The notes beneath the pieces were generated by a model. The model was given only the letters and a program-made list of their open reading frames with translations. It was not told the origin of the DNA and searched no databases. A stretch of 64,000 nt of DNA from Selaginella moellendorffii (taxonomy: Eukaryota > Plantae > Lycopodiophyta), in contig NW_003314289.1 in the NCBI RefSeq assembly GCF_000143415.4, positions 215,109-279,108 of the forward strand. The letters are read 5' to 3'. Each line of letters begins with the position of its first letter. Positions within the stretch are counted from its first letter, which is position 1. The position numbers and the translations under genes are program-made. Positions 62,245 through 64,000 of this stretch are shown one piece after another.

Positions 62245-64000
62245 TACCAGTCCATCGCAAGAACCAATTAAGCTCTTAAAGCCTCTCCTGTAATGCTGTC
62301 TGAGTTTGAATAACTGGAGACGATCTAGCAGAGAGGTGGCGGAAAAAGTATAATATTCTGGTGCTGGTGCTGTTTAGATCCTCTCCTCCTCTTTGTTTGT
62401 TGAAATTTAGGGGGGTCATATGGGATTGAATTCCGGCCCAGGGCTTGCGAATGAGTTTAACAGGCACACGGTTGTTGGTTTGTGGGTGTGTGTGTGGTTG
62501 TTGTTCAATGTTGTTGACGTTGTCATATCACATACGTCGCGGTCGGGATGCGTCAAAATCTCCCACTGTCGTGTTCGTGGAGGGGATGATAAGAAGCCCC
62601 AAGGGTACACACTAACGCTTCATAGGTAGGAAAGATGAGATAATAATTCAGAAAAAATGAAATCAATTTATTTAGGAATATATATCAGCCAATGTAAGGA
62701 AGAGAAACAGAAATACTAGATAGATACATAGGAAGTCATGTCAGCCCGCAGCAGCAGCTTTCACCGGCCGGACGGGCGGCGAATCCCCCAAACAAGTTAG
62801 GAAAACATTGAGTGATACATTTTGAAGGTGGTGGGTGGCATGTCATGCATGCACACCTTTGGCCAGGGCAGGGCTGAGAAAAAACTCCATGGACCTATTT
62901 CCTCTCTTTGAAGCCTGAAGACCAACCTGAACCCAGCGGAAAAAAAAAAAACAACGCATGCTTTCAACCATAGAGGCCATGAAATGAATTCTAGGCACCT
63001 AGCTACATATTGCACATATGATACAAGAACCATAACACTTGCGCAATGAAGCGCAATGCCGCAAACAACCAACAACAACAACAATTTTCCACCCGTCGTT
63101 TGTGTAACTTTTTTCTTGGCGGGGTGTATTTACTCCATGGCGAAATGCTCGTGGGTCTTGGACAACCCCTTCAATTGTTAGTTTTTTCTTCCTCCTTTTT
63201 CCTCCTTTTTTTTTCCGGGTTTGTATTTGTCCTGCTGGCCTTGAGAATCCACATTGAATTCAGCTTGACAAGAGAGAGGGCATTTGCTGCATTGAGCTTG
63301 CTTTTTGGGCCCAGAACCGACCCCTCCCCTCAAGTTGAAATCTTTTCTAGATTTCATTGAAATATGGATGTGTGTTTGTGTGTGTTGTTTTGTATGGTGG
63401 GTGGTGGTTGCTGAGCCACCATCTCCCATGCATTCCTCTGCTGCAATCTTGTTTATAGCACCAAGGAGACACAAAGGCTGTTGTGTCGCCAACTTTTCTC
63501 CCTTTGCAGTTTTCTCCCCTGCCCTAAAAAAAAAGATTGGTTGGCGCCACCACCTTTTCTCCCCCCCCCCTGGAGTGTGTTGTTCCTCGCTTCCTTGCGG
63601 GGTCTGACTATAAGGTAGGAGTTCATTGTGTGCGTGGGGTGTGTATAAATACGATATATATACGCATGATTGCGACGGCCCGGCTACTACATTTACACAA
63701 GATTGATACTTTTTCTTGAATTTTCTTTTCTTTTCTTTTGGCTGTGGTGTTCTTCTTCTCACTCTTCTGCTCTCTGTTCTTCTGCGCCTCTGTGTGCTGC
63801 TGCAATCTTCCTCCTCTCTGTGGTTCTGCGTCCGAGTGTAAATTTGGAATCGATGGAATCAGCTGGGTAGCCAATGTCATGGCACATCCGGCGTGGGAAT
63901 CGACCTTTCAATCGGCGCAAATAAAATTAATAAAACCGCGACATTGACAAATGAACTGCAGACCATCGCACTTACAAGGATCAGAAGACGAAGACGAGAA

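Noticed and set aside
59400-64000. Conserved miRNA hairpins or coding ORFs in the Dof upstream region
   Set aside because: No conserved plant miRNA sequence seen by eye, and the ORFs are short with no domain; a folding or Rfam scan would be needed to exclude novel ones.

Overview
Eukaryotic plant nuclear DNA. The very short introns (about 40-90 nt), tight gene packing, S-motif-rich PLS-PPR genes and a flagellar-type gene point to a non-seed vascular plant, probably a lycophyte such as Selaginella (inference). Gene islands: 1-10.1 kb holds a PPR gene, an inverted tRNA-Gly pair, PRP31, a second PPR, an MLF-like gene, an acyl-ACP thioesterase and a SAXO-like gene. 19.3-26.6 kb holds TSR3, tRNA-Glu, ACINUS and a BSK kinase. 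52.3-58.3 kb holds a Hedgehog/Hint (Hog)-domain gene, tRNA-Pro and a Dof transcription factor. Between them lie AT-rich transposon blocks with Ty3/Gypsy elements, TRIM-like elements and solo LTRs. Most unusual: (1) a full-length chromovirus LTR retrotransposon (38034-45172, TSD ATTCA) whose integrase is split by two short GT-AG spliceosomal-type introns that must be removed to rebuild conserved motifs; (2) a frameshifted gene with signal peptide, Pro-rich segment and Hedgehog-type Hint domain; (3) a non-autonomous LTR element carrying a higher-order satellite built from its own polypurine tract. Exon boundaries and translations were worked out by hand.
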